Below are positions 1-9,296 of a stretch of 47,523 bases of DNA, piece by piece (positions within the stretch are counted from its first letter, which is position 1; each line of letters starts with the position of its first letter). The DNA is taken from contig JBFMCE010000014.1 of NCBI GenBank assembly GCA_040754655.1, positions 1-47,523 of the forward strand, written 5' to 3'. Origin of the DNA: Bdellovibrionota bacterium (GTDB lineage: Bacteria > Bdellovibrionota > UBA1018 > UBA923). Below the pieces are notes generated by a model, which worked only from the letters and a program-made list of their open reading frames with translations, ran no database searches and was not told the DNA's origin. The position numbers were made by a program, and so were the translations under genes.

Positions 1-16
1 GTTTCCGAAAAACAGC

Positions 17-319
17 TCACTTGGGATAAGTGAGCTTATAAAGACAAGCAGCAATGTGATCAGCAAGATCTAAGATTTGTGCATCTTTGAGTTGAATAAG
101 ATCAAAACCCGCCTGAATTTCTCTAATTGATCCAAACGCAATTGCATAGAAACGAATTTTATCTCGTTTAGTTGGTTTTGCCGAACCTTCAGCTAGATTT
201 AACACCACGCTTTGGCTTGCTCTTTCAATTTGATCTCGCATGGAACCTTTCAGCTCGATTTGAACGATCTTGCGGTTGAGCTGGATTGCCAATTCATAAG
301 CTAAAAAACCTTTGATCAT
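17..319 (-). CDS. Four-helix bundle protein (TIGR02436 / 23S rRNA IVS protein / bAvd-like family), paralog A
   Basis: 100 aa from MIKGFLAYELAIQL; family motifs DQIERASQSVVLNLAEGS and RFYAIAFGSIRE; start placed at ATG 319 behind SD-like AAGAAAGGAAAA. Confidence 0.88.
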   Translation of the reverse strand: MIKGFLAYELAIQLNRKIVQIELKGSMRDQIERASQSVVLNLAEGSAKPTKRDKIRFYAIAFGSIREIQAGFDLIQLKDAQILDLADHIAACLYKLTYPK

Positions 320-441
320 TGAGTGTTTTCCTTTCTTAAAAAAATTAAAGCCCTCGCAAATTGAGGGCTTTAATTTTTTTAAGAAAGGAAAACACAACTA
401 TGACCAAGAACTTTTTAGCTTATGAATTGGCAATCCAGCTC
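278..441. repeat. Long imperfect palindrome: perfect 33-bp arms 323-355/363-395 (7-nt loop GCAAATT) plus perfect 30-bp arms 278-307/412-441
   Basis: GTGTTTTCCTTTCTTAAAAAAATTAAAGCCCTC is the exact reverse complement of 363-395; GAGCTGGATTGCCAATTCATAAGCTAAAAA is the exact reverse complement of 412-441. Confidence 0.97.
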
Positions 442-696
442 TACAAGCACTGTGAACAAATCAAAGCAAAGTCATACATCAAAGATCAGCTGAATCGTGC
501 TGCATTGAGCATCGTCTGCAATCTGGCCGAAGGCTCAGGCAAGCCGACAATTCCTGAAAAGCGTCGTTTTTACTCGATTGCACTTGGTAGCCTCCGTGAA
601 ACCGAGGCCTTATTGCGAGTGCTTGAAAAAGAACAAGCTCTCATTCTCTCTGACCGACTTGGTGGCATGCTCTACCGCTTGGTTCACCCAAAGTGA
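400..696 (+). CDS. Four-helix bundle protein, paralog B
   Basis: 98 aa from MTKNFLAYELAIQL; DQLNRAALSIVCNLAEGS and RFYSIALGSLRE; about 50 identities to paralog A by manual alignment; SD at 381-392. Confidence 0.88.
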   Translation: MTKNFLAYELAIQLYKHCEQIKAKSYIKDQLNRAALSIVCNLAEGSGKPTIPEKRRFYSIALGSLRETEALLRVLEKEQALILSDRLGGMLYRLVHPK

Positions 697-702
697 GCCA
701 AT

Positions 703-969
703 TTACTGAACAATGGCCAGAAATAATGCGTATCCCAGGGAAAATAGTCCTCCAGCAGCAAAAATTAACCCAGCAACAAGAGAAAACTCTCCAACACTAT
801 CCATCGGTACTTTGAAAATGAGTACTGCTAAGGACGAAATTAAATCGGCCACCGCATCTGTTTTGAGAGTCTTACTGGCACGACGAAGCCTAAGTGCGCC
901 ATAGATATGATAGGCGCCAAAAACAAACGACAACAAGCCCAGGATCAGGAATCCAAAAACCAAGCTCAT
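703..969 (-). CDS. Small hypothetical membrane protein
   Basis: 88 aa with 2-3 hydrophobic segments; converges on paralog B with a 6-bp gap. Confidence 0.6.
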   Translation of the reverse strand: MSLVFGFLILGLLSFVFGAYHIYGALRLRRASKTLKTDAVADLISSLAVLIFKVPMDSVGEFSLVAGLIFAAGGLFSLGYALFLAIVQ

Positions 970-1184
970 TTATGAAAAATGCCCTAAAATTTAGGCAAGC
1001 TCAACTCTATCTCACTACGAATAGTTTTCATTCTCTCGTCCAACCCGTGAGTTGCGATAATGTGTGCAAACCAGTGACGTCGAGCAAGTACGTGATAGAA
1101 CCAGATTCTAGTCAGTAAGAACCAATGCCAAGAGATTCTCTTCTCATCCCCGTACCCAAGTACCGCCGCGGCACCCTCGCCCCT

Positions 1185-1724
1185 TTATCTAGGCAAACCC
1201 CGGTGCACCTTCTCAAAAAACTCGCGTTGGTCAAGATAGTCAGGGTAAGTCCATGGCAGCCCTTCAAAACCAGATTTGCGTCGAATCAAAGCGAGGTCCC
1301 CAAACACTCCACTGCCAAGGTAAATCCTGTGAGGAAAATTCTTAGCGCTCGCAACGACGACATTTTCGAGAGTAACCACCATCGGATCAAGGTTCACTTT
1401 GCGCGCGACTTTACTGAGCTCTAAAGACCCAACTTCACTTGAGTCTACAGAAAGCCTCTTCTCGAGAAGCGTGGTCTTTTGTTTGAGCACCACGAGATTT
1501 TCTCTTGAACAGAGGCCGTCGAACTCAACAAAACACTTCTGCAACCCCTCGCCCATCTCTGCTTTGTAATAGTGGGTGTATTGAAAATTGAAAACAGGGC
1601 CCTGCCTTGCGATTGAACCCAATTCCTTTTCTATCTCTGCCAACACCGCCGGGTGATCCACCTCCGGCCGCCACATGACCGCAAGAACAAATTTTGTTTT
1701 CGAAGGCTCTTGAAACTTACGCAT
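1185..1724 (-). CDS. DUF4416 family protein
   Basis: FQYTHYYKAEMG, VNLDP, KNFPHRIYL and PWTYPDY motifs; overlaps the rfaE1 stop. Confidence 0.85.
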   Translation of the reverse strand: MRKFQEPSKTKFVLAVMWRPEVDHPAVLAEIEKELGSIARQGPVFNFQYTHYYKAEMGEGLQKCFVEFDGLCSRENLVVLKQKTTLLEKRLSVDSSEVGSLELSKVARKVNLDPMVVTLENVVVASAKNFPHRIYLGSGVFGDLALIRRKSGFEGLPWTYPDYLDQREFFEKVHRGLPR

Positions 1725-2763
1725 TTTTCAGTCGAACGCGTCCACTCTTTGATTCGACAAGCTTGATGTACTCTCTAAGTTCAGCCAATGAAACCGTGGC
1801 TGTTCCACGCTTTCCGACTTCAATGCCCGCCGCGAAGTTGGCTAGCAACGAAGCCTCTACGATATCCGCACCCGAAACCAATGCCAGCGAAAGCGTTGCG
1901 ATGACCGTGTCACCGGCACCAGAAACATCGAAGACCTCTCTTGCGAACGTCGGAATCAAGATTGGCTCCGTGCCACCCTTCACAAAAATCGCCATCCCGT
2001 CTTTACCGCGCGTGATAATCACGATCCGCGCACCCACTTCATCCAAGATGCGATTACCCGCTACCCTGAGACTGCTCATATCGGTGATGCGCACGCCGCT
2101 GATTGCTTCTGCCTCGTTGGTATTGGGTGTGATCACAGTGCACCCCTGGTAGATGGTCGAAGTGCTTTGCATATTGGGATCGACCAAAACCGGAAGGCCG
2201 CGCTCTTCTGCTGCTTGCATCAACTGCCTGCAAATCGAAACCTCGACCAACCCCTTCGCATAATCTTCGATGATCACGCCGTCGGCTTCGCGCAGAGCCT
2301 TCTCTAGTTTTGACCAAACATCCCTGATCACCTTTGCATTGATCTTGCGCTGGGTCTCATGATCGATGCGAACCACTTGTTGAGACTCAGCAACCACGCG
2401 TTCTTTCAATGTCGTCTTTCGATTCGGATCGACTACGAGGTGGCGGTCTGAAATCTTGTTCTTCTTGAGAAGCGAGGTGAATTCATGCCCGCCCATGTCT
2501 TTGCCGATTACTCCGACCAGCAGGGGTTCGCCTCCAAGGGCCGTGATATTGTCAGCAACGTTGGCTGCTAAACCCAACTTGAGCTCAGTATTGGTCACTT
2601 CCACGACAGGAATGGGTGCTTCGGGCGAAATTCGCCAAACTCTGCCAATTGTATACTTATCAACACCGACATCGCCAAAGACCAAGATCTTTCGTTTCGA
2701 AAACTGCGTGAGAATGCGATCAATGCGAGTACGGTTCATGCTGAGATTCTGGGTGACGGTCAT
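1717..2763 (-). CDS. rfaE1: D-glycero-beta-D-manno-heptose-7-phosphate kinase (HldE kinase domain, PfkB family)
   Basis: RISPEAPIPVV, LGLAANVA, DYAKG, TPN and VFDVSGAGDTV motifs. Confidence 0.93.
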   Translation of the reverse strand: MTVTQNLSMNRTRIDRILTQFSKRKILVFGDVGVDKYTIGRVWRISPEAPIPVVEVTNTELKLGLAANVADNITALGGEPLLVGVIGKDMGGHEFTSLLKKNKISDRHLVVDPNRKTTLKERVVAESQQVVRIDHETQRKINAKVIRDVWSKLEKALREADGVIIEDYAKGLVEVSICRQLMQAAEERGLPVLVDPNMQSTSTIYQGCTVITPNTNEAEAISGVRITDMSSLRVAGNRILDEVGARIVIITRGKDGMAIFVKGGTEPILIPTFAREVFDVSGAGDTVIATLSLALVSGADIVEASLLANFAAGIEVGKRGTATVSLAELREYIKLVESKSGRVRLKNA

Positions 2764-3836
2764 TTCACATTCTCCAATTGTAGCAGCACGCTTTCTAATG
2801 CTTTATCTACGCTTAATCTTTCCATACAAAAATAAAAGTCGCATTTTGGGCCCGCGCACTTGAAGTCTTGCTCACAGGGCGCGTCAGGCACCAAAACAGA
2901 ATGCCTCGCCCCGTCTTTCGCATAAGGCCCCCATCGATGAGCGCTCTGAACTTTGATCGGAGGGTAAAACGATACGGTGGGTTTGCCAAGAGCAACAGCG
3001 ATGTGCAACGGACCCGTGCTAGGCGCGACCATCATTTTCGATAAAGAGATGAGCGCGATGTAATCTGCCAAACCGGTATGCGAATTCGTTCCCAAGAAAG
3101 AAAAAATCGGAAGCGTGGGATTGCGCTCTTTCGCTGCGCTTACGGTCCGTTCGACCAGGCCCTTTTCCAATGCAGAGCCCGAAACAACCACTTGCACCCC
3201 CTTTGCGGCGAGGCGCTGCACAAGATCAGCATAGTACTGTTCAGGCCAATTCAAGGCTGATCCGCCCATGCCCGGGTGCACGATGACGAAACCTCGCGCA
3301 CTTTCCAATCCCGTTTCCTTTAATCTTGCCTGCACCCGATTTCTTGCATCGGCGTCAACAATGATCTTGGATTCAAAACGGCGCGAGCCGGTCTCAACGC
3401 CCAATTTACGAAGCAGCATCAGGCAATAATCACTCTCATGCATTTCAACCGCCGAGCGGTTTTGCCGCACTCCCGCATTAAAGAAGAAGAACGAGTACCA
3501 TTTCGAATACGGACCAACACGCAAAGATATCCTGGCGAACAACAGGGCCAAGCTCACCAAGAAATTCACCTGTAAAACAACCGCGGCGTCATATCGCGCT
3601 TGTTTCAACTCTCGCACGAGCCGCCAAAACCCTGCAAATCCACGGTGCGTTGAGGCAGGACGATAGGCGACGACTTTCTCCAAAAGCGAATGACGCTCAA
3701 CTACTGGAACCACGGCATCTCGAACCAAGAAATCCACCTTCAACGAAGGCTGGGCCTGCTTAAGCGCCTCAATGACCGGAGTAGAAAGAACGACGTCACC
3801 GATTCGATCTGGTCGAATGACCAAAATGCGATTCAT
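2760..3836 (-). CDS. Glycosyltransferase family 9 (LPS heptosyltransferase-like)
   Basis: ILVIRPDRIGDVVLSTP, HPGMGGSALNWP, STGPLHIAVALG and RWGP; adjacent to the heptose kinase. Confidence 0.9.
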   Translation of the reverse strand: MNRILVIRPDRIGDVVLSTPVIEALKQAQPSLKVDFLVRDAVVPVVERHSLLEKVVAYRPASTHRGFAGFWRLVRELKQARYDAAVVLQVNFLVSLALLFARISLRVGPYSKWYSFFFFNAGVRQNRSAVEMHESDYCLMLLRKLGVETGSRRFESKIIVDADARNRVQARLKETGLESARGFVIVHPGMGGSALNWPEQYYADLVQRLAAKGVQVVVSGSALEKGLVERTVSAAKERNPTLPIFSFLGTNSHTGLADYIALISLSKMMVAPSTGPLHIAVALGKPTVSFYPPIKVQSAHRWGPYAKDGARHSVLVPDAPCEQDFKCAGPKCDFYFCMERLSVDKALESVLLQLENVK

Positions 3837-4519
3837 CCCTGCCTTTGCTTCTCAAGCACGATTGAAGTGAGAGCGTCTACGACCTGTTCGACCGTCATGC
3901 TGGTCGTATCGACCTCGATGGCGTCTTCCGCTTTTCTAAGAGGCGCGGCCTTGCGTTCCATGTCTCCACGGTCACGTTCAACGACCTGTTTTTTCACTTC
4001 TTCAAAATCAAGAAAGATACCCTTTTCCTCAAGCTCAACCATCCTTCTGCGAGCGCGACTGTCGACCGTGGCATTTAGATAAAACTTCACGTGAGCATTC
4101 GGAAACACGACCGTGCCGATATCACGCCCCTCTAAAACGACGCCGCCATTTTTCCCCATATCGCGCTGAACGCCGAGCAGCGCAGCGCGCACCTCGGGAT
4201 GCGCTGAGATCTTGCTCGCCGCCATGCTCATCTCAGGAGTGCGGATCAGGGAAGAAACATTCCTGCCATCTAAAAAAACTTGATTCCGGTCTTCTAGCCA
4301 CTGAAACTCAAGCTTTGATTGCAAAGCCAACTCGCCTAACCTTTGAGCCTGTTCAATGCCAACACCTTGTTCTTGAGCGCGCAATGCTATCGCCCTGTAA
4401 AGAGCGCCCGTGTCGATATGCAAGTACCCCAGGCGTCTTGCGACCAAATGAGTGACGGTGCTTTTGCCACTCCCGGCGGGGCCGTCAATAGCCACGATAA
4501 GTTTTTTGTTCATTCTCAA
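3833..4519 (-). CDS. cmk: Cytidylate kinase
   Basis: AIDGPAGSGKST, DTGALYRA and VLEGRDIGTVVFP. Confidence 0.97.
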   Translation of the reverse strand: MRMNKKLIVAIDGPAGSGKSTVTHLVARRLGYLHIDTGALYRAIALRAQEQGVGIEQAQRLGELALQSKLEFQWLEDRNQVFLDGRNVSSLIRTPEMSMAASKISAHPEVRAALLGVQRDMGKNGGVVLEGRDIGTVVFPNAHVKFYLNATVDSRARRRMVELEEKGIFLDFEEVKKQVVERDRGDMERKAAPLRKAEDAIEVDTTSMTVEQVVDALTSIVLEKQRQG

Positions 4520-5640
4520 ACCACGCCTTTCCCACGCGCAAACAAAGAATCCATCGCAGCGATGAATTTCGCGTTCTCTTGAGGCAAACCCGCCGTCACC
4601 CGAAAATGATCGGGCAATCCATAATTTGCCACTGGACGAATGATCACGCCCTTCTTTAGAAACTCTGGGTACAATTCCTTGCTTGAGCGCTTCATGTCTA
4701 CCAATAAAAAGTTTCCTTGGCTTTGAAAAACACGCACAGGAAAACTTGAAAGCTCTTTAATGAGCCCGGTCTTGCTTGAGTTGTTGAGCGCGACCGATTT
4801 TCTTAAATGGTCTTCATCCTCAAGCGCGGCAACGGCCCCCGCAAGCGCAAGCGAAGAAACGTTGAAGGGCTGCCGCGTTCGCTCGACCATCGAAACCACT
4901 TTGGGATTTCCTACGAGATACCCCACCCTGGCGCCCGCTAAACCATAAATCTTTGAAAAGGTTCGAAGCACGACGACGTTGGGGTACTTTCTGTAAACCG
5001 CGATCGGATTTGGAATTGCCGGATCCGTCACATACTCGCAATACGCTGAATCGAGCATGAACAAAATTTGACGCTCATAAAGACTGCGTGCGAGATAATC
5101 GATCTTATCAGCATCAAGAAATGTGCCCGTCGGGTTGTTCGGGTTGGCAAGACAGACTAGTTTCGTGTCTTGATTCACCGTTTTCAAAAGCGCATCGACA
5201 TCGACATTGAGATCCTCATCCACGGGCGACTCAAAAAGCCCACAACCCTGCAGTTGCGCACAAAGCTTGTAAATCACAAACGCCGTCTTGTGAGTAACCA
5301 GGTTACGGTTTTTGCCTACGAAGATTCTGGGCAGAAGATCGATGAATTCATTTGAACCACATCCGATGCTGATCTCATCGGTATTGCACCCCAAATACCG
5401 TGAAAGCGCTTTCTTCAGGTGGAAGTGACTCCCATCCGGATAGAGATGCAGAGACTTCGCCGCATTTTCGATCGCCCTCAACGCTTTAAGCGAAGGGCCC
5501 AGAGGGTTCTCATTGCTTGCGAGTTTCACAACGCCCGTGATGCCCAGTTCGCGTTCGGTCTCTTCAATGGGCTTGCCCGGCGGATAAGGCACGAGCGACG
5601 CGATGTTTAAGGGCACTTCGGGCGACCAGCTTAATTCCAT
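4516..5640 (-). CDS. hisC: Histidinol-phosphate aminotransferase
   Basis: YPPGKP, KLASNENP, NPNNPTG and PLP-lysine motif RTFSKIYGLAG. Confidence 0.93.
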   Translation of the reverse strand: MELSWSPEVPLNIASLVPYPPGKPIEETERELGITGVVKLASNENPLGPSLKALRAIENAAKSLHLYPDGSHFHLKKALSRYLGCNTDEISIGCGSNEFIDLLPRIFVGKNRNLVTHKTAFVIYKLCAQLQGCGLFESPVDEDLNVDVDALLKTVNQDTKLVCLANPNNPTGTFLDADKIDYLARSLYERQILFMLDSAYCEYVTDPAIPNPIAVYRKYPNVVVLRTFSKIYGLAGARVGYLVGNPKVVSMVERTRQPFNVSSLALAGAVAALEDEDHLRKSVALNNSSKTGLIKELSSFPVRVFQSQGNFLLVDMKRSSKELYPEFLKKGVIIRPVANYGLPDHFRVTAGLPQENAKFIAAMDSLFARGKGVV

Positions 5641-5677
5641 GAACCCATCACCTTTCGAGAGTTGGCCGGCCTAGAAT

Positions 5678-6259
5678 TTAGACAGGACGGACCTTACATT
5701 GAGCCAGCTGAATTTCTTCAAGCTCACCAATGTAATAAGTGACGAGTTTTTTGGCAAAGATTAAAACTTCCGCATCGCTCCAACCCAGCTGATTTAGACC
5801 CGCGGCTTTCACCGGAGCCCCCTTGCAATCGATATTGATGCCCCAATGGATGAGCACCGATACTGGTGAGGCTGTCGCAATAGAAACCGACAATTTCTTG
5901 TCGTCCCAAAACAGATCATCGCCGAAGCGCTTGACCTGAGCGTGCTCTTCCCTCAATAGCCTCTCGGCCCAAACCATGAAAAGCCGCTGATACAAAACCC
6001 CTGCCTCAAGCGTCGTGCCAAAAAACTCCCCAACGACATGCAGCATTGAAGCTGCTTGTATATGATCTGCGGCCAGGCGATCTTCCCAATCCACCAGATG
6101 CGCTGTAGGCACTTCGCAAGGTCCGATAAAAACTGTCAAAAGAGAGCCATACTCGCCCGTGGTTTCAAGCCCCCAATGCGGACGCAGCTCTTTACCCGTA
6201 TAGGTGATTGGCTTCTCGGCACTCGATTCTAGGATATGAAACTTTATTTCACCCAGCAT
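5678..6259 (-). CDS. DUF366 family protein (biotin/lipoate ligase-like fold, function unknown)
   Basis: YTGKELRPHW, FIGPCEV, LVDWED, MLH, GDDLF..KKLSVSIAT.SPVS.LIHWGINI; overlaps the queC stop by 11 bp. Confidence 0.85.
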   Translation of the reverse strand: MLGEIKFHILESSAEKPITYTGKELRPHWGLETTGEYGSLLTVFIGPCEVPTAHLVDWEDRLAADHIQAASMLHVVGEFFGTTLEAGVLYQRLFMVWAERLLREEHAQVKRFGDDLFWDDKKLSVSIATASPVSVLIHWGINIDCKGAPVKAAGLNQLGWSDAEVLIFAKKLVTYYIGELEEIQLAQCKVRPV

Positions 6260-6899
6260 GCTTGAGAGCTCGATTTAATCTCTGGCAAGATTCACATGTC
6301 CCGCATTGCTCTTTATCTCCGGTGTAACAGCTCCAGATCAAATGGATCGGGAAATCCAGGGGGATGAGGCGTTTTACAATTTCAGTTTTGGTCAGATGAG
6401 CGGTTGCGCTCACAACCTCAACTTGGTTTCGGGTCGAATAACGAAGCGCATTCGACATGGCTTTCATGTAATCCACAGAGTTATCCGCGAAAGTGACAGC
6501 TTCTTCGGCATTAAACCCAACAGCCACAGCGTCTAAACCCCTGCTTTCGGCCAAGGCCGCAGCAACAGAAAGAAAGACGCCATTTCTATTGGGAACCCAA
6601 ACCGCGGCTGCTGTCTTTTTGATGTGTTCGAGCGCATCTAAAGAATGAGGTTGCGGGATCTCCGTGCCGCCTAAAAGCGCGCTTTGGTTCGAAACAAGAG
6701 AGGCGAAGTTTTTAAGTTCAAATGTCTGGTGTTCAATTCCAAAATAGCGGCAAAGGTCGGCAGAAGCGGCGAGCTCACGGATAGCGCTCTTTTGGCCATA
6801 ATCCAAGGTCAAAGCCACCTTCACTTCGAATTCAGGGTTGGCTGCCAAATTCGCCGCCGAATCGAGCCCGCCTGACAAAAGTAAAACAGCCTGCTTCAT
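6249..6899 (-). CDS. queC: 7-cyano-7-deazaguanine synthase
   Basis: LLSGGLDS PP-loop, DYGQ, WVPNRN, TKTEIV, WSCY and CGTCESC zinc site. Confidence 0.93.
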   Translation of the reverse strand: MKQAVLLLSGGLDSAANLAANPEFEVKVALTLDYGQKSAIRELAASADLCRYFGIEHQTFELKNFASLVSNQSALLGGTEIPQPHSLDALEHIKKTAAAVWVPNRNGVFLSVAAALAESRGLDAVAVGFNAEEAVTFADNSVDYMKAMSNALRYSTRNQVEVVSATAHLTKTEIVKRLIPLDFPIHLIWSCYTGDKEQCGTCESCQRLNRALKHAG

Positions 6900-7282
6900 G
6901 AAAGGTATCCAAAAGACGCCGCAGAACGGTCGTTCTCCCAGACGGTTACGCTTTTGAGCAAGAGATTCTGGGTTGCCGGATGAGAACGGATGCCTCTTTC
7001 AAGCTCTTCATAAAAATGCTGAGACAGGGTTTCAGCTGTAGGGTTTACATCTGTGAACGGAGGTATCGTATTGAGATCTTGATGGTCGAAACGATCTACA
7101 ATTTGATGGATCAACTTCTTGAGGTCTTTAAAATCCAGGGCGATTCCGATCGGGTTCAGAGCAGGAGTCAGCGCTTCGACTTCAACTTTAAAATTGTGAC
7201 CATGTGGCCTGGCGCAGTCTCCGTCGTATCCGCGAATATGATGGGCCGCAGAAAATTCGACGCGCACCTTCACTCCAAACAT
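6896..7282 (-). CDS. queD: 6-carboxy-5,6,7,8-tetrahydropterin synthase
   Basis: FSAAHH, CARPHGHNF, DHQDLN, NPTAE and VWE; start set at ATG 7282 behind AGGGTGG; 4-bp overlap with queC. Confidence 0.93.
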   Translation of the reverse strand: MFGVKVRVEFSAAHHIRGYDGDCARPHGHNFKVEVEALTPALNPIGIALDFKDLKKLIHQIVDRFDHQDLNTIPPFTDVNPTAETLSQHFYEELERGIRSHPATQNLLLKSVTVWENDRSAASFGYLS

Positions 7283-7320
7283 GCGTTCTGAACCACCCTG
7301 CGCTTTTGACCCCAACACCT

Positions 7321-7995
7321 TTACAAACCCCGTTTCTCAACCAATGCAACGCGAGGAAGATACTCTGTGATCTTGTTGTAGTAACCCAAGGTAAAGAAAC
7401 GACCTTCGGCCACCTCTTCGTCGACCCTGGCCGGTCCTCGGTTGTATGCGGAAAGCATTTTCTTTAGATCGCCTCGGTACTTATCACGAAGATAAGCCAT
7501 GTAGCGAATTCCCAAAGTAACATTGACCTCTTCGTCGAAAAGCATCGCAGGGCCTTGCCACTTCATTCCATATTTCGCAACCAGCCACTCGCCAGTCTCT
7601 GGCATGATTTGCATCAATCCCAAGGCTCCACGCGGACTGACAGCCCAAGGAAGATAATTGCTCTCGATCTTGATCACTGAAAGGATAAGACCTGGCGAAA
7701 AGCCATGCTTTTTTGAAAGTTTATAAATGAGCTTTGAAAGGCGAGCTGCTTTAGTTGGCTCAAAGCCTTTCATGTTCTTGAGTAAATGAGTTTTTATTGC
7801 CAGTTCCATGTTCTGAGCGGCAGTAATTTTACTCTTTGTGTTGCTCTTGATAACCGTTTCAGCGCTGAACCTTTCTTGTTCTTTTAAAACCAAAGTTGGA
7901 GCGTCAAGCGTGTGCGCATGGAGCGCAAACACAAAGAAACCCGAAACGACGTACAAGACCGTCGTAATAACCAATCGATTAGGATATCCGTACAT
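7321..7995 (-). CDS. Lytic transglycosylase (SLT domain), exported
   Basis: IESNY, GALGLMQIMP and SAYNRGP (motifs I-III); N-terminal hydrophobic segment. Confidence 0.9.
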   Translation of the reverse strand: MYGYPNRLVITTVLYVVSGFFVFALHAHTLDAPTLVLKEQERFSAETVIKSNTKSKITAAQNMELAIKTHLLKNMKGFEPTKAARLSKLIYKLSKKHGFSPGLILSVIKIESNYLPWAVSPRGALGLMQIMPETGEWLVAKYGMKWQGPAMLFDEEVNVTLGIRYMAYLRDKYRGDLKKMLSAYNRGPARVDEEVAEGRFFTLGYYNKITEYLPRVALVEKRGL

Positions 7996-8143
7996 AAGAG
8001 CCCCCCAACATAGAGGAAACTACCACCTTGTGTCAAATCCCTAGAAAGAGTCTAGTGGCTGCTTCCCAGTCCAAGGCGAACATACGGCGGACACTTCTTG
8101 TGAAGAATATCCAACAAGCCTTGGATGATTTTTTGGATTTCGG

Positions 8144-8683
8144 CTAGAGTTTTTTGACCAGGCGTACCTTAAACTTCATCAACCCCGATACGCTGGTCTT
8201 CAGAGTCGGATTATTGCCTTCAATGTCGATAATGATGCTGAATGGATTTTTTAAGATTTCACCGAGTTCAACCTCGTTATCTACAAGAAATCTCATAGTT
8301 TTTCCGTCAGCAGCGATTCGATCTGCCCGTGCTTCCCCGATGAGAAACGGTTCCTTTACCTGGCCTTGAGACTGGACATAGAACCTTGCTCTTTGGACAA
8401 AGCGAAGGTCCCCTTCTCTTGCTTCCAGAACAAGAACATCCGGACGAACAGACTCCATTTCATTATTGGCAATCCCCTTCATCTGAATTCGGACTACCGA
8501 TGTTACCGGTACCCCTGCCGAATCCGATCCCACGCTTTCCAAAGCGGCGGCACTAGTCTCTGTGACTACGGGATAAGCATCTGTCGAAGTCTCTAACACT
8601 TGCTCTACACTGAATTTTGAGCAGGATAGTAGAGTTAAACCCATGATAATACTAAGGGTTTTGACGCCCACCTGAAGTCTCAT
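8144..8683 (-). CDS. Hypothetical lipoprotein
   Basis: Signal peptide with LLSC lipobox; ATG 8683 after GAGGTT; beta-rich body. Confidence 0.7.
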   Translation of the reverse strand: MRLQVGVKTLSIIMGLTLLSCSKFSVEQVLETSTDAYPVVTETSAAALESVGSDSAGVPVTSVVRIQMKGIANNEMESVRPDVLVLEAREGDLRFVQRARFYVQSQGQVKEPFLIGEARADRIAADGKTMRFLVDNEVELGEILKNPFSIIIDIEGNNPTLKTSVSGLMKFKVRLVKKL

Positions 8684-8727
8684 ACAACCTCGCACCGCAC
8701 CCCAAAAAACGCGGCCGATCTCGAGAA

Positions 8728-8744
8728 TGCAGTGGCCATGCCAA
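8728..8744 (-). promoter_or_regulatory. Putative sigma54 -24/-12 promoter
   Basis: TTGGCATGGCCACTGCA (GG-N10-GC) upstream of the lipoprotein gene. Confidence 0.6.
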
Positions 8745-8752
8745 CCAGGAAC

Positions 8753-9235
8753 TCAGAAGGTGTTCTGTTTTTGGAGAAAAAGGACCATGAAATAAGCATC
8801 CTCGCCGTCCTCGTAAAATCGCGGCTTGATATGATCGATGAAAAAACCCAGCTTTTGATACAAAGCCGTAGCAGCAGCATTCGACTTCCGGACCTCTAAA
8901 AACACCCGTTTCATGTTTTTACGAAGGGCATCGTCGATGGCCTTCCGCACAAGCCGCTCCGCAAATCCTAATCCTCGCCACTGTAGATGCACAGCAACGT
9001 TCAAGATGTGACATTCCTCAAAAAGTAACCAATAGACGACATAAGCAGCAACGAGGTTGTCGGTTTCATCATCCGTCAGCACCAAAAATTGAGAATAAGG
9101 CCGCGTCATCTCTTCAAAGAAAGCTTCTCGAGACCAAGGACGCTTATAAGAAACACGCTCAATCTCTAAAACCAGCGGAAGATCATCTTCGGTGGCAGGA
9201 CGAAGGGAAAAAGACTCAGAATTCATTTCAGGCAT
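8753..9235 (-). CDS. rimI: Ribosomal-protein-alanine N-acetyltransferase
   Basis: RPWS, HILNVAV, RGLG, LEVRKSN, LYQKLGF and YEDGEDAYFM. Confidence 0.93.
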   Translation of the reverse strand: MPEMNSESFSLRPATEDDLPLVLEIERVSYKRPWSREAFFEEMTRPYSQFLVLTDDETDNLVAAYVVYWLLFEECHILNVAVHLQWRGLGFAERLVRKAIDDALRKNMKRVFLEVRKSNAAATALYQKLGFFIDHIKPRFYEDGEDAYFMVLFLQKQNTF

Positions 9236-9296
9236 CGCATGCTACTTACGACGACGACCCAAAAGCTGCAAGAAGGCTTTCGGAGGCACGGCTCCC

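Noticed and set aside
320..399. N-terminal extensions of the ORF-track calls 17..397 and 361..696
   Set aside because: They merely translate the palindrome; SD-preceded ATGs at 319 and 400 give matching N termini.
278..441. Palindrome as a fold-back assembly or amplification artefact
   Set aside because: The arms are interrupted by different start regions and lead into two intact, diverged genes, which a chimera would not produce. A read check is still advisable.
17..696. Diversity-generating retroelement or 23S rRNA intervening sequence, suggested by the Avd/IVS-like proteins
   Set aside because: No reverse transcriptase, TR/VR pair or rRNA sequence is seen in the window; sequence to the left is unavailable.
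894..1424. Plus-strand ORFs 894..1118 and 1125..1424
   Set aside because: No motifs, and they overlap better-supported minus-strand genes.
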